A stretch of 64,000 nt of DNA, from assembly GCA_963786935.1 (NCBI GenBank), contig CAWBAN010000004.1, positions 160,001 through 224,000 on the forward strand. Reading direction: 5' to 3'. The number at the start of each line of letters is the position of its first letter. Position 1 is the stretch's first letter. A model generated the notes under the pieces. That model was not told where the DNA came from, did not search any database, and saw only the letters and a program-made list of their open reading frames with translations. The position numbers and the translations under genes were made by a program. Source of the stretch: an uncultured bacterium. GTDB taxonomy: Bacteria > Krumholzibacteriota > Krumholzibacteriia > Krumholzibacteriales > Krumholzibacteriaceae. Positions 18,873 to 28,094 of the stretch are shown one piece after another.

Positions 18873-21713
18873 ATGCGTAGGCATTTTTCTGTCAGGACCG
18901 GTTTGGCGAATTCCAGAGCTCTGTCCCTTGCCGGAACGGGGCTTCTCATCTTCATTCTCTTCTCCGTTTGCCTGGCCGCTGATTCCCGCGCGGCCGGCAC
19001 CGGCATTCTCAAGGGGAAGGTCTTCGATTACCAGACGGGGAAGCCCGTGCCCGAGGCGCTCGTCGCCATCCAGGGGACGACGAAGAGCGTTCTCGCCGAC
19101 AAGAGCGGCGTGTTTCAGATCGAGCTTCCCGCGGGCAAGTACGGCATCTCCATTCTCAAGGACGAATACTACAACACGTGCTATCAGGACATCGAGATCG
19201 AGTCCGGCAAGATCACGACGTATAAGTGCGAGCTCGTCACGGGAGATCCACGGCAGCAGTTCTTCTTCCAGATCGGCGGCATCACCGTCCTCGACAAGCG
19301 CGATCTCATGCCCGAGAAGACCGAGACGACGCACGCGATATCGAGCGCCGAAATCGAGCACTATCTCTCGACGAACCTCGGCGACGTACTGGATCTCGTG
19401 CCCGGCATCGAGCGGACGAAATCTCCCGGCCTCTCGACGATGAATCAGATCGATCTCCGCGGCACGGCGCAGATGGACACGGAGGACCAGGCGGCGGCGC
19501 GATTCGGGACGAAAATCATCATCGACGACATCGCGATCTCGAACAACACGAACATGCAGACCGGCAAGGGAACCACCTACGGCTCCCAGGTGCAGTCCTA
19601 TGCGGGGACCGGTCTCGACCTGCGCTCGATTCCCGCGGACAACGTTCAGGGGGTCGAGGTCATCACCGGCGTTCCGTCCGTCGAGTACGGCGACCTCACC
19701 ACGGGCCTCGTGAAGGTCAAGACGAAGATCGGCGCCCAGCCGGTGCGTCTCAAGCTCAAGACGAATCCCGACACGAAAGAGGCGAACCTGAGCGGCGGGC
19801 TCAACCGTTTCAACACCGGCATCTCGTACAACGTCAACTACGCCTGGAGCGAGCGCGACATCCGACTCGAAGGGGATGAATACGCGCGCTACAACGGGCA
19901 GCTCAATTTCAAGAACATCGCGCTCGGCGAGAAGCTCTCCATTCTCAACAAATTCTATTACACGGGCGTGGACGACACGTACGATCTGACGGGCATCGAT
20001 CCGAAGGGACGCATCCAGGAGAACAAGGACAAGACGCTCATCTACGGCCAGGCGATCGAGTACAAGCTGACGAACGACATGCGGGCCGAATGGTCGGCGA
20101 ACGTCAACTACACGAAGCGCGACGCGTACAGCCAGAGCCTCGTCGGGTCGGACGTCCGCGTCATGACCGACGCGACGGAGCCGGGCACCTACGAGGGCGT
20201 GTTCGACGCGGGCGCGTACACGTCGCAGATCTGGACCCGTGGCGAAGAGTGGAGCGTCGCGGCGAAGCTCAACCTCCGCGCCGATTTCCACGCGCTTCGT
20301 CTCAACCACGCGCTGCTCGTGGGAGGGGAGTACGGCTACGAAGACAACGTCGGGGAGGGGAAGATCTTCGATCCGTTCGCGCCTCCGGGGGGCGCCCTCG
20401 GACAGCGGCCGCTCTCCTTCGACGAAATCCCCGCGCTCAGGAGCGCGAGCCTGTACCTCGAGGACAACCTCAACGGTTTCCTCTTCATGAGGCCGTACAA
20501 CCTCAATTTCGGATTCCGGTACGAGATGTACACGCCGGAGGAGCTCAACCTCGGCGGCTTCTTCAACTCGGAAGGAGTCGTGAAATCGAGGAACGGCACC
20601 TTCCTCAACCCGCGCATCCGCCTCAAGTACGAGCCGCGCGACGGGACGCAGCTGCGGCTCAGCTGGGGAAGGAGCTCGAAGATGCCGCCGATGGTCGATC
20701 TCTATCAGGGACCGCAGTATATCGACGTCGTCGAACGGAACGTTTCCCCGCCCGATTCCGTGCCCCTCGTTTCGACCTACGTCTGGAATTTCGATACGGA
20801 GGGGCTGTACGGGACGCAGGAGGACAAGGGAGAGATCTCGTTCGATCAGACGGTCGGGTCGTTCGGCTTCACCCTCACCGGCTGGACGGCCCGCGCCGAA
20901 GGGATGCCGCGAAGCGAGGCGATCCCCGCCGTCATCCAGCGCTATGAGTGGACCGACTGGCCGAACGCGGGGGGGAGCCACCCGATCGACACGATCTATA
21001 CCGAGGCTCCGGGCACCGCGTTCTATCAGAAGGCGGGAAAGTACACGAAATACGGTGTGGAGTTCATGGCCGCGACGAAGCGTATCGAGAAGCTCTCGAC
21101 CACGTTCCGCGTCAACGGCGCGTATACCCGCTCCTACAGCGGCGCGGAAGGCCTGTACATGTCGTCGCCGAAGCAGATTCTGCTGGACCCGGCGGACCCG
21201 GCATCGAAACAGTATATCTATCCGTTTTACTACTACACGGAAGGATGGGAGCAGAAGCTCATCCTCGATTACAACGCCGATTGGCTCATCAAGAAGCTCG
21301 GCATGTGGGTCACCTTCTTCGTGCAGCAGACGCTCTTCGACTGGGACAAGAACTACGAGGATCCCATTCTGGACGTACCGATGTACTACGATCCCCTCAC
21401 CGGCGGCATCGTGTACATCACCCCGGAGCAATCGCAGGCGTACGGGCTGAGCCGCGAATACGACGAGTGCGATCTCTCGATCAACAAGGCGCCGAACGAC
21501 CGGCTCCTCTTCAACGTCAACGTCTCGAAGTCGATCGGCCGCGGGGCGGAGATATCGTTCTTCGTCCACAACGTGTTCGACGATCCGGCGATTTACGAGA
21601 ACTGCTACGGCTCGTTCAGCGCGCGCAATCCCGGCATCTTCTACGGCGTCGAGTTCAGCATGATTCTGGATGAAATCTGGAAGCGCGCCCCGGCCGCGTC
21701 GGAGGAGAAATAG
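18873..21713 (+). CDS. TonB-dependent receptor with N-terminal carboxypeptidase-regulatory-like domain
   Basis: GILKGKVFD N-domain; plug GLDLRSIPADNVQGVEVITGVPSVEYGDLTTG; beta-barrel ending FYGVEFSMIL. Confidence 0.92.
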   Translation: MRRHFSVRTGLANSRALSLAGTGLLIFILFSVCLAADSRAAGTGILKGKVFDYQTGKPVPEALVAIQGTTKSVLADKSGVFQIELPAGKYGISILKDEYYNTCYQDIEIESGKITTYKCELVTGDPRQQFFFQIGGITVLDKRDLMPEKTETTHAISSAEIEHYLSTNLGDVLDLVPGIERTKSPGLSTMNQIDLRGTAQMDTEDQAAARFGTKIIIDDIAISNNTNMQTGKGTTYGSQVQSYAGTGLDLRSIPADNVQGVEVITGVPSVEYGDLTTGLVKVKTKIGAQPVRLKLKTNPDTKEANLSGGLNRFNTGISYNVNYAWSERDIRLEGDEYARYNGQLNFKNIALGEKLSILNKFYYTGVDDTYDLTGIDPKGRIQENKDKTLIYGQAIEYKLTNDMRAEWSANVNYTKRDAYSQSLVGSDVRVMTDATEPGTYEGVFDAGAYTSQIWTRGEEWSVAAKLNLRADFHALRLNHALLVGGEYGYEDNVGEGKIFDPFAPPGGALGQRPLSFDEIPALRSASLYLEDNLNGFLFMRPYNLNFGFRYEMYTPEELNLGGFFNSEGVVKSRNGTFLNPRIRLKYEPRDGTQLRLSWGRSSKMPPMVDLYQGPQYIDVVERNVSPPDSVPLVSTYVWNFDTEGLYGTQEDKGEISFDQTVGSFGFTLTGWTARAEGMPRSEAIPAVIQRYEWTDWPNAGGSHPIDTIYTEAPGTAFYQKAGKYTKYGVEFMAATKRIEKLSTTFRVNGAYTRSYSGAEGLYMSSPKQILLDPADPASKQYIYPFYYYTEGWEQKLILDYNADWLIKKLGMWVTFFVQQTLFDWDKNYEDPILDVPMYYDPLTGGIVYITPEQSQAYGLSREYDECDLSINKAPNDRLLFNVNVSKSIGRGAEISFFVHNVFDDPAIYENCYGSFSARNPGIFYGVEFSMILDEIWKRAPAASEEK

Positions 21714-21714
21714 C

Positions 21715-22878
21715 ATGAGCCGCGCGATAACGATGCTGGCGATGTTGATAGCGGCGTTCGCCGCCGGCTGCGGCGTGGAGAAACCGGAGGAGCCCGATGG
21801 CGCGGGCGCGGTTCAAGTGATGGTCACGGATACCTCGGGAGCCTTCGGGGGCGTCCCCGGCGAGCCGTTTCCGGTGGACAGCGCTTCGGTGAGCATTCAG
21901 GGGCGGACGACCGCTTACGATGCGGCCGGCGTCACGGACGAGACGGGAACCATCTTGTTCGACCGGCTCGCCGCGGGCAGCTATTCGGTGTTCGTGCGCC
22001 GCGAGATCAAGGTGGGGCTCGGGAAGAAGGTGCTCACCGGCTTCGGCGACGTCGCGGTCAGGGGAGCGGACGTTGTCCACAAGAAGGTCCTGGTGAAGGC
22101 GATCCTCGTGAGCAACCTCATGATCAGCGAGGTGTTCTACGCCGGCTCATGCGGCTCGTCGTTCTACTTCTACGATCAGTACGTCGAGGTTTATAACGCG
22201 GCGGCCGACACGCTGTTCCTCGACAACGTCATCGTGACGCGGCAGGCGCAGGTCAAGGATCCCGATCTGGAAACCAGGGATTATACGCGCGCGATTTACG
22301 CGTTCCAGCTCCACGGCACGGGGCGGCAATACCCCATCGCTCCCGGCCAGCATGCCGTCATCGCGGCCGATGCCGTGAATCACAAGCAGTGGTGCGTGAA
22401 CTCGCCCAATCTCTCGCCTTCGAATCCGAATTTGTCGCACAAGCCCGGCGAGCCGCACAAGCTTTACGAGACATTCAACGCGCTCGGGAGCGACTACGAC
22501 GTTGCAGGCGTGCCCAATTTCGACAATATCATGCCGGGGAAGACCATCGATCTCCTGATCAACCTGAGCCACAACGCGATCGTCATCGCCGAAGGCGGCG
22601 TCTACCCGATCGACGAGAACAATTACCTGTGCATCCCGATTGAAAAGGTCATCGACGGCGTCGAGTACGCCTCGAATCCCTACGTCACCACCAAGGAGAT
22701 GACGGTGCGTATCGACGCCGGTTTCGCCGGCGTCGGCATCGAGAAGTACGGCGCGAAATCGACCGAGCGGCGGGAACCGGGGCTCGACACGAACAACTCG
22801 ACCTTCGACTTCGTCGTGATCCCGTATGCGACGCCCGGGTACTATTTCGGGCCGCAGAGGCAGGTGCTGTCGCGATGA
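21715..22878 (+). CDS. DUF4876-like lipoprotein
   Basis: Lipobox FAAGC; ISEVFYAG...DQYVEVYN...DAVNH...IDGVE...DTNNSTFDF motifs recalled for DUF4876. Confidence 0.75.
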   Translation: MSRAITMLAMLIAAFAAGCGVEKPEEPDGAGAVQVMVTDTSGAFGGVPGEPFPVDSASVSIQGRTTAYDAAGVTDETGTILFDRLAAGSYSVFVRREIKVGLGKKVLTGFGDVAVRGADVVHKKVLVKAILVSNLMISEVFYAGSCGSSFYFYDQYVEVYNAAADTLFLDNVIVTRQAQVKDPDLETRDYTRAIYAFQLHGTGRQYPIAPGQHAVIAADAVNHKQWCVNSPNLSPSNPNLSHKPGEPHKLYETFNALGSDYDVAGVPNFDNIMPGKTIDLLINLSHNAIVIAEGGVYPIDENNYLCIPIEKVIDGVEYASNPYVTTKEMTVRIDAGFAGVGIEKYGAKSTERREPGLDTNNSTFDFVVIPYATPGYYFGPQRQVLSR

Positions 22879-24002
22879 ACTCTCGGATCGCGGTAATCCT
22901 TCTCTCGGGCGCCGCGGCGCTCGTCTCGTCGTGCGGGATCGAGAAGCCCGAGGTCGCCGAAGGGCGCGCCACGCTCGTTCTGCAGGCCGTGGATACGAGC
23001 GGCGTCCTCGCGGAAGGCTGGGTAGGCGTGGCGAACGCTCGCGTCGAAATAGCGAGCGCGTTCTACGCGTACAAGCAAACGTTCACGACCGACGAGGCGG
23101 GACGGATCGAGATCGATGAGCTCTCGTCGGGCACCTACTACATCCAGGCGAGCATGCGTGACGAGGAGCACGACGTGCTCCTCACGGGGCAGCGCAAGAT
23201 GAAGCTCACGAGCGATTCCGAGGAGCAGGACACCCTCTTCATGTCATTCGTGCCTCTGTCCCCCATCGTCATCAACGAGCTCTACTACGCCGGATGCAAC
23301 GCTTCTTCATTCTACTTCTACGATCAGTACGTCGAGCTCTACAACTCCACCGCCGATACGCTCTACCTCGACGGCATCGTCGTGTGCCGGAGCCAGCAGA
23401 GCGAGGTGCTGACCCCCGAGGAGCTCGAGACAGTGGACTTCGCCCTCGCCTATTACATGTATCAGTTCCCCGGCACGTGGGGAGTGACGCGCCAGTGGCC
23501 CCTTGGACCTCATGAATACGCCGTGATCGCGTGCGATGCCGTCAACCACCACGTCTACGGCGGCGGCTCGTGCGTCGACTTGTTGAATGCCGATTACGAG
23601 TTTTTCAACGCGCGGGCCGCCGACTACGACAATGTCTCGGTTCCCAATATCCTGCAGGTCACCAACGCGACCGTTGACTTCGCCCTCAATCTTGCGCATA
23701 CGGGCGTCTTCATCGCGACGGGGGAGGAGTACACGTTCGCGGAATACACCACGAGCTCGGGAGTGTCGGAGTTCGTTCAGGTGCCGCTGCGGACGATCCT
23801 CGACGCGGTGGAGTACGCGGCGTCGCAGAGCTCAACCTTCCGCCGGTACCTCACGCTGCGCATCGACGGCGGTCTCGGGGGAAGCGGCATGACGAGATAC
23901 AGCGGGCAATCGATCGAACGCAAAGTGCCGGGCTTCGACTCGAACAACAGCAGTTTTGATTTCGTTAACGTAGCGACTCCGACTCCGGGGTACAGTCATT
24001 GA
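22875..24002 (+). CDS. DUF4876-like lipoprotein (second paralog)
   Basis: Lipobox LVSSC; INELYYAG...DQYVELYN...DAVNH...DSNNSSFDF; ATGA overlap with the upstream gene. Confidence 0.75.
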   Translation: MNSRIAVILLSGAAALVSSCGIEKPEVAEGRATLVLQAVDTSGVLAEGWVGVANARVEIASAFYAYKQTFTTDEAGRIEIDELSSGTYYIQASMRDEEHDVLLTGQRKMKLTSDSEEQDTLFMSFVPLSPIVINELYYAGCNASSFYFYDQYVELYNSTADTLYLDGIVVCRSQQSEVLTPEELETVDFALAYYMYQFPGTWGVTRQWPLGPHEYAVIACDAVNHHVYGGGSCVDLLNADYEFFNARAADYDNVSVPNILQVTNATVDFALNLAHTGVFIATGEEYTFAEYTTSSGVSEFVQVPLRTILDAVEYAASQSSTFRRYLTLRIDGGLGGSGMTRYSGQSIERKVPGFDSNNSSFDFVNVATPTPGYSH

Positions 24003-24010
24003 GGAGAACA

Positions 24011-25504
24011 ATGAAGAGGGAATGGATGGAACGGCGTAGCACGGTGAGAATCTCCAGCACGATCGCTGTTGTTCTTGCGCTCCTCCTCGCGGCGTGGCCG
24101 CGCCCCGCGGCCGCCGACGAGATCCGAACGCAGGCGATGGGCAATTGCCAGATCGCGCTCGAGGACGGCGACAATCAGGTCAACCCGTACGATTACGGGC
24201 GCAATCCCGCGTACCTCGCTTTGGACTTCGAGCGGTCGTGGATCAAGTACATCTTCTCCATCGACGAGAAGCAGGGGGATCTCCGGCGACCGTACGACGC
24301 GCACCTGCTCAACACGACGTATGTCGAGTTCGAGGGGCGCATCCGGCTCGGAGAACGCCAGGCGATGTCGGGCTCGTTCCGCTACGAGCGCCTCTGGCAG
24401 CGGGAGCAGTGGCATTCGCTCGAGTACGATCCGTACAACGATCCGTTCTACCTCACCGACCTCACGACGGGGGACATCACGTACTGGGGTCCCGTGATGT
24501 CCGCGGATTACTCGCTGCGCCTCTCGCCGAAGGCCTCGATCGGAGCGGCGTTCGACTATGGCATCTCGACCGGTCTCAAGGATTACTACACGAAGCCGCA
24601 GGTGGAGCACAACTACGCGAAGGGGAGCATCGGGCTCCTCCTCACGCCGCGCAAGGAGTGGGATTTTGGCGTCATCGTGCGCCCCATGCGTCTCCAGAAC
24701 CGCACGAGCTTCGACGGCACGAACGAGAACAGGGACCTCATCATCCACCGCTACTACGGCGACGGGATCTACGATATTCGCTCGTTCTCCTCGTACAGCA
24801 TGACCGAGAAGCTCACCGGAATCGACGTCGACGTGCAGAATTTCGTCACGACGGACCGCGTGAAAGTCGGGACGATAGTCTCGTACAGCTACGCGGAGAA
24901 CAATATCGAGGCGAAGACGTCGCCTCCCGACCAGATCGGCTACTGGCAGGACAAGAAGCTCGATTTCAGTTTTCTCGCGCGGTACGCGCCGCCGGGCGCG
25001 CCGCTCACCCTCGGCGTGAACGGCCGGGCGATGAACGTGAGCGGCTGGGCGAACCGGCCCAAGTTCGAGGGGGTCGTTCTCTTCGACAATCCGATCCAGC
25101 TTCGATCGATCGGCGCGGGGGCGAGCTGGACGATGCAGCCGACGGGGCTCACCGTCGCCGCCGATTACATTCTCAATTCGTACGACATCGAGGCGAACGA
25201 CTACGGCGCGAACGATTTCCGGTCCCAGGAATTCATCCAGAACGTCGGCAGGCTCGGCGTCGAGTATGCCGCGTACAACGTATTCTCGATCCGGGGGGGC
25301 GTCGAGGTGACCGACTACGTCGCCGACCGCTGGCTCAAGCTCCCCGTGAACACCGATCGCTATCGCTTCACCGCCGGCGGATCGTACGCGTGGCGCCTGT
25401 GGCAGCTGGAGGCGCTCCTCGTCTACGGGGACGACACGCAGAACGACACCGACGCGGGGCGGAGAGACCTTGGTGCAGTCGTTTGGCTTACACATCTGGA
25501 ATGA
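24011..25504 (+). CDS. Outer-membrane beta-barrel protein (DUF6850-like)
   Basis: ATG after GAGGAG; signal peptide, GRNPAY and NDPFYLTD motifs, amphipathic strands; typical position after TBDR/DUF4876 genes. Confidence 0.65.
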   Translation: MKREWMERRSTVRISSTIAVVLALLLAAWPRPAAADEIRTQAMGNCQIALEDGDNQVNPYDYGRNPAYLALDFERSWIKYIFSIDEKQGDLRRPYDAHLLNTTYVEFEGRIRLGERQAMSGSFRYERLWQREQWHSLEYDPYNDPFYLTDLTTGDITYWGPVMSADYSLRLSPKASIGAAFDYGISTGLKDYYTKPQVEHNYAKGSIGLLLTPRKEWDFGVIVRPMRLQNRTSFDGTNENRDLIIHRYYGDGIYDIRSFSSYSMTEKLTGIDVDVQNFVTTDRVKVGTIVSYSYAENNIEAKTSPPDQIGYWQDKKLDFSFLARYAPPGAPLTLGVNGRAMNVSGWANRPKFEGVVLFDNPIQLRSIGAGASWTMQPTGLTVAADYILNSYDIEANDYGANDFRSQEFIQNVGRLGVEYAAYNVFSIRGGVEVTDYVADRWLKLPVNTDRYRFTAGGSYAWRLWQLEALLVYGDDTQNDTDAGRRDLGAVVWLTHLE

Positions 25505-25643
25505 CGAAGGAGGTGGTACCCGGCCGGCAGCGGACAATTCTTAAATCAGCGCTCTCCGGTTCCCGGGCGCTTCTCAGGGGGGATCGCGATACGACGGCCC
25601 CGGAACCGGCCCTATCAGATACAGCGCCAGAGGAGGTGGCAAC

Positions 25644-27929
25644 ATGAAATTCAGGATAACTGGCATCTGTATCGCTTTGCTCCTGCTTTTCACGAACTCC
25701 GCGTTTGCCCAGTGGCAGCTGCAGTATGACGTGCAGCAGAACTACAGCTTCTTGGCCGTCCATTTCGGCAGCGCGTCGGTCGGCTACATCGTCGGCTCGG
25801 GCGGCATCATCTTCAAGACGATCAACGCCGGTCTCAGTTGGACCCAGATGACGTCTCCGACGACGAACTCGCTCAACGACGTATACGCCGTGAGCGCGAC
25901 GGATGCGTGGGCCGTCGGCGCGGCCGGGACCATTCTCCACACGACGGACGGCACGAACTGGAACGTCGTCGCGACGGCCGGTCTCACCGTGTCGCTCTAC
26001 GGCGTGTGGGGCGCCGGCTCGACCGTGTGGATCGGCGGCGGCGCCGATAACGCCGCATGCACGATCCGCTGGACGACCGACGGCGGCACCACGTGGGTCG
26101 CTCCCACGACGAACCCGTCGAACGATATGTGCACGGACATCAGCTTCGCCGACGCGCTCAACGGCGTCGCCGCGATCGACGCCGGGGCCGGCAGCGGAAA
26201 TTCGCTGATGTACACGACGGACGGCGGCGTTAACTGGACGCTCTCGGTCTGCAACTACGGAGCCTATCCGTACACGCGCAGGGATATCGAGGCGGTCCGC
26301 GCCGTGTCCGCGACGACCTCCATCGCCACCGGATGGGGTTCGACCGTGGGCGGACAGCCGACGATCATCCTCGTGTCGACGAACGGCGGCGCGAACTTCA
26401 ACGCCCCCGATCCGAGCTATGCCTGGAACACCTACGCATACGGCTTCAACGTCACCGTGTTCACGAGCGGCGACGCGATCATCGTGGGCGGCGGCTCGCA
26501 GCTGGCCGGCTTCACGATTCGCGGAACGGGAACGGGCTATCCGACCTGGACCCGCCAGCCGGCGTTCTACGGCGAGGCGATCAACGACGTGTGCGCCATT
26601 CCGGGCACCTTCAACATCGTCGCCGTGGGAGACGCGGGCCTCATCGCCTACTCGTCGAACTACGGCGTGACCTGGTCGTTCGCGTACGACGGCGGAATGC
26701 CGTTCCAGGGCGTGCAGAAGTTCATCAGCCTGGGGAAGAACAGGGTCCTGGCGGCGGGCGCCGGCGGCGCGATTCTCGACTTCGATCTCGTGACCCCGCG
26801 GCACTCGTATCGTGTGGCCTCTCCGAACAACTGGGGACCGACGACGGTCGGCGATTTCGACTACGTCGCCGATCCCAACAATGCGTCCAACGCCGTCATC
26901 TATTTGAGCGGCGCGACGAAATACCTCGTCAAGTCCTACGATGACGGGTTGACCTGGACGGAGCTCCAGCACACCAATGCCCTCCAGGACGGCCTGCTCG
27001 GCATGTACTGGTTCAGTCCGGACACCGGCATCGTCGTGGGCCACAAGCTCGCCGGAACGTCGAGCCGCGACGAGACCATCTGGAAGACGGTCGACGGCGG
27101 CGTCACCCTCACCGAAGTGCTCATGGGCACGATCCCGGGGACCGTGGCGCGCGAATGGAAGGCCGTCGATTTCTCGCCGGTGAACCGCAACATCGGCGTC
27201 GTCGTGGGAACGCATAACAAGGCGCGTTACACGACGGACGGCGGCGTCACGTGGCCGCTCGCGACGGAGAATATCGCCGACACCAGCGTCGTTCTCGAAG
27301 CGGTGGTCATGCTCAATTCCTCGACCGGTTTCGCCGTGGGCGGCAAGGGCACGCTCGTCAAGACGACGAACGGCGGCGCCAGCTGGGTCGTGCAGACCGT
27401 TCCCTGGGGCACCACGCTCAACCTGCTCGACATCGATTTCAGCACGCCGAACCGGCTCTGGGTGTCGGGCGAGAACCAGCTCTGCTACTACTCGGCCGAC
27501 GGCGGCGCGACCTGGAACAACATCAGCGTGACGACGATTCCGGCGGCGGATGACGTCATGACGGTGTTCCTGCACGGACACAGCGGGCTTCTCTGGGCCG
27601 GCTGCCACTATTCCCGGGTGTTCAGCCGCGACGACGCGGCGGCGACGGACACGGACGCGCCGAAGCTGCCGTTCGCGCTGAACCAGAACTACCCGAATCC
27701 GTTCAATCCGTCGACGCGGATCGATTTCGCGGTCGACCTGGACGGCCGGGTGACTCTCAACGTCTATGACGTGAGCGGCAGGCTCGTCGCGACGGTCATG
27801 GACGAGAATCTCAAGGCGGGCGCGTACAACGTGACCTTCAACGCTGACAAGCTCGCGACCGGCGTTTACTTCTACAAGCTCTCGACGAGCGCCGGGGACA
27901 TTACGCGGAAGATGGTCGTCGTCCGGTAG
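25644..27929 (+). CDS. YCF48/BNR-repeat beta-propeller protein with T9SS-type CTD
   Basis: Many TxDGGxxW Asp-box repeats; CTD LNQNYPNPFNP...TRKMVVVR; RBS GGAGGT. Confidence 0.88.
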   Translation: MKFRITGICIALLLLFTNSAFAQWQLQYDVQQNYSFLAVHFGSASVGYIVGSGGIIFKTINAGLSWTQMTSPTTNSLNDVYAVSATDAWAVGAAGTILHTTDGTNWNVVATAGLTVSLYGVWGAGSTVWIGGGADNAACTIRWTTDGGTTWVAPTTNPSNDMCTDISFADALNGVAAIDAGAGSGNSLMYTTDGGVNWTLSVCNYGAYPYTRRDIEAVRAVSATTSIATGWGSTVGGQPTIILVSTNGGANFNAPDPSYAWNTYAYGFNVTVFTSGDAIIVGGGSQLAGFTIRGTGTGYPTWTRQPAFYGEAINDVCAIPGTFNIVAVGDAGLIAYSSNYGVTWSFAYDGGMPFQGVQKFISLGKNRVLAAGAGGAILDFDLVTPRHSYRVASPNNWGPTTVGDFDYVADPNNASNAVIYLSGATKYLVKSYDDGLTWTELQHTNALQDGLLGMYWFSPDTGIVVGHKLAGTSSRDETIWKTVDGGVTLTEVLMGTIPGTVAREWKAVDFSPVNRNIGVVVGTHNKARYTTDGGVTWPLATENIADTSVVLEAVVMLNSSTGFAVGGKGTLVKTTNGGASWVVQTVPWGTTLNLLDIDFSTPNRLWVSGENQLCYYSADGGATWNNISVTTIPAADDVMTVFLHGHSGLLWAGCHYSRVFSRDDAAATDTDAPKLPFALNQNYPNPFNPSTRIDFAVDLDGRVTLNVYDVSGRLVATVMDENLKAGAYNVTFNADKLATGVYFYKLSTSAGDITRKMVVVR

Positions 27930-27958
27930 CCCCCGGACCGGGATGACCGCATGATCGA

Positions 27959-27984
27959 GGAAGGGGCGGCCTCCCGCCCCTTCC
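27959..27984 (+). terminator. Terminator-like hairpin
   Basis: 11-bp stem GGAAGGGGCGG/CCGCCCCTTCC, 30 nt after the stop codon. Confidence 0.6.
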
Positions 27985-28094
27985 ACCTCTAATCACCCCG
28001 TGCGTCCTTGCGGAATCGCCCGCCGCGTAGTAAGTTTCGGACTGGACATATTTTGATTCGTGAACGTGTGGCTGATTCGAAAGAAGGATTCGTG

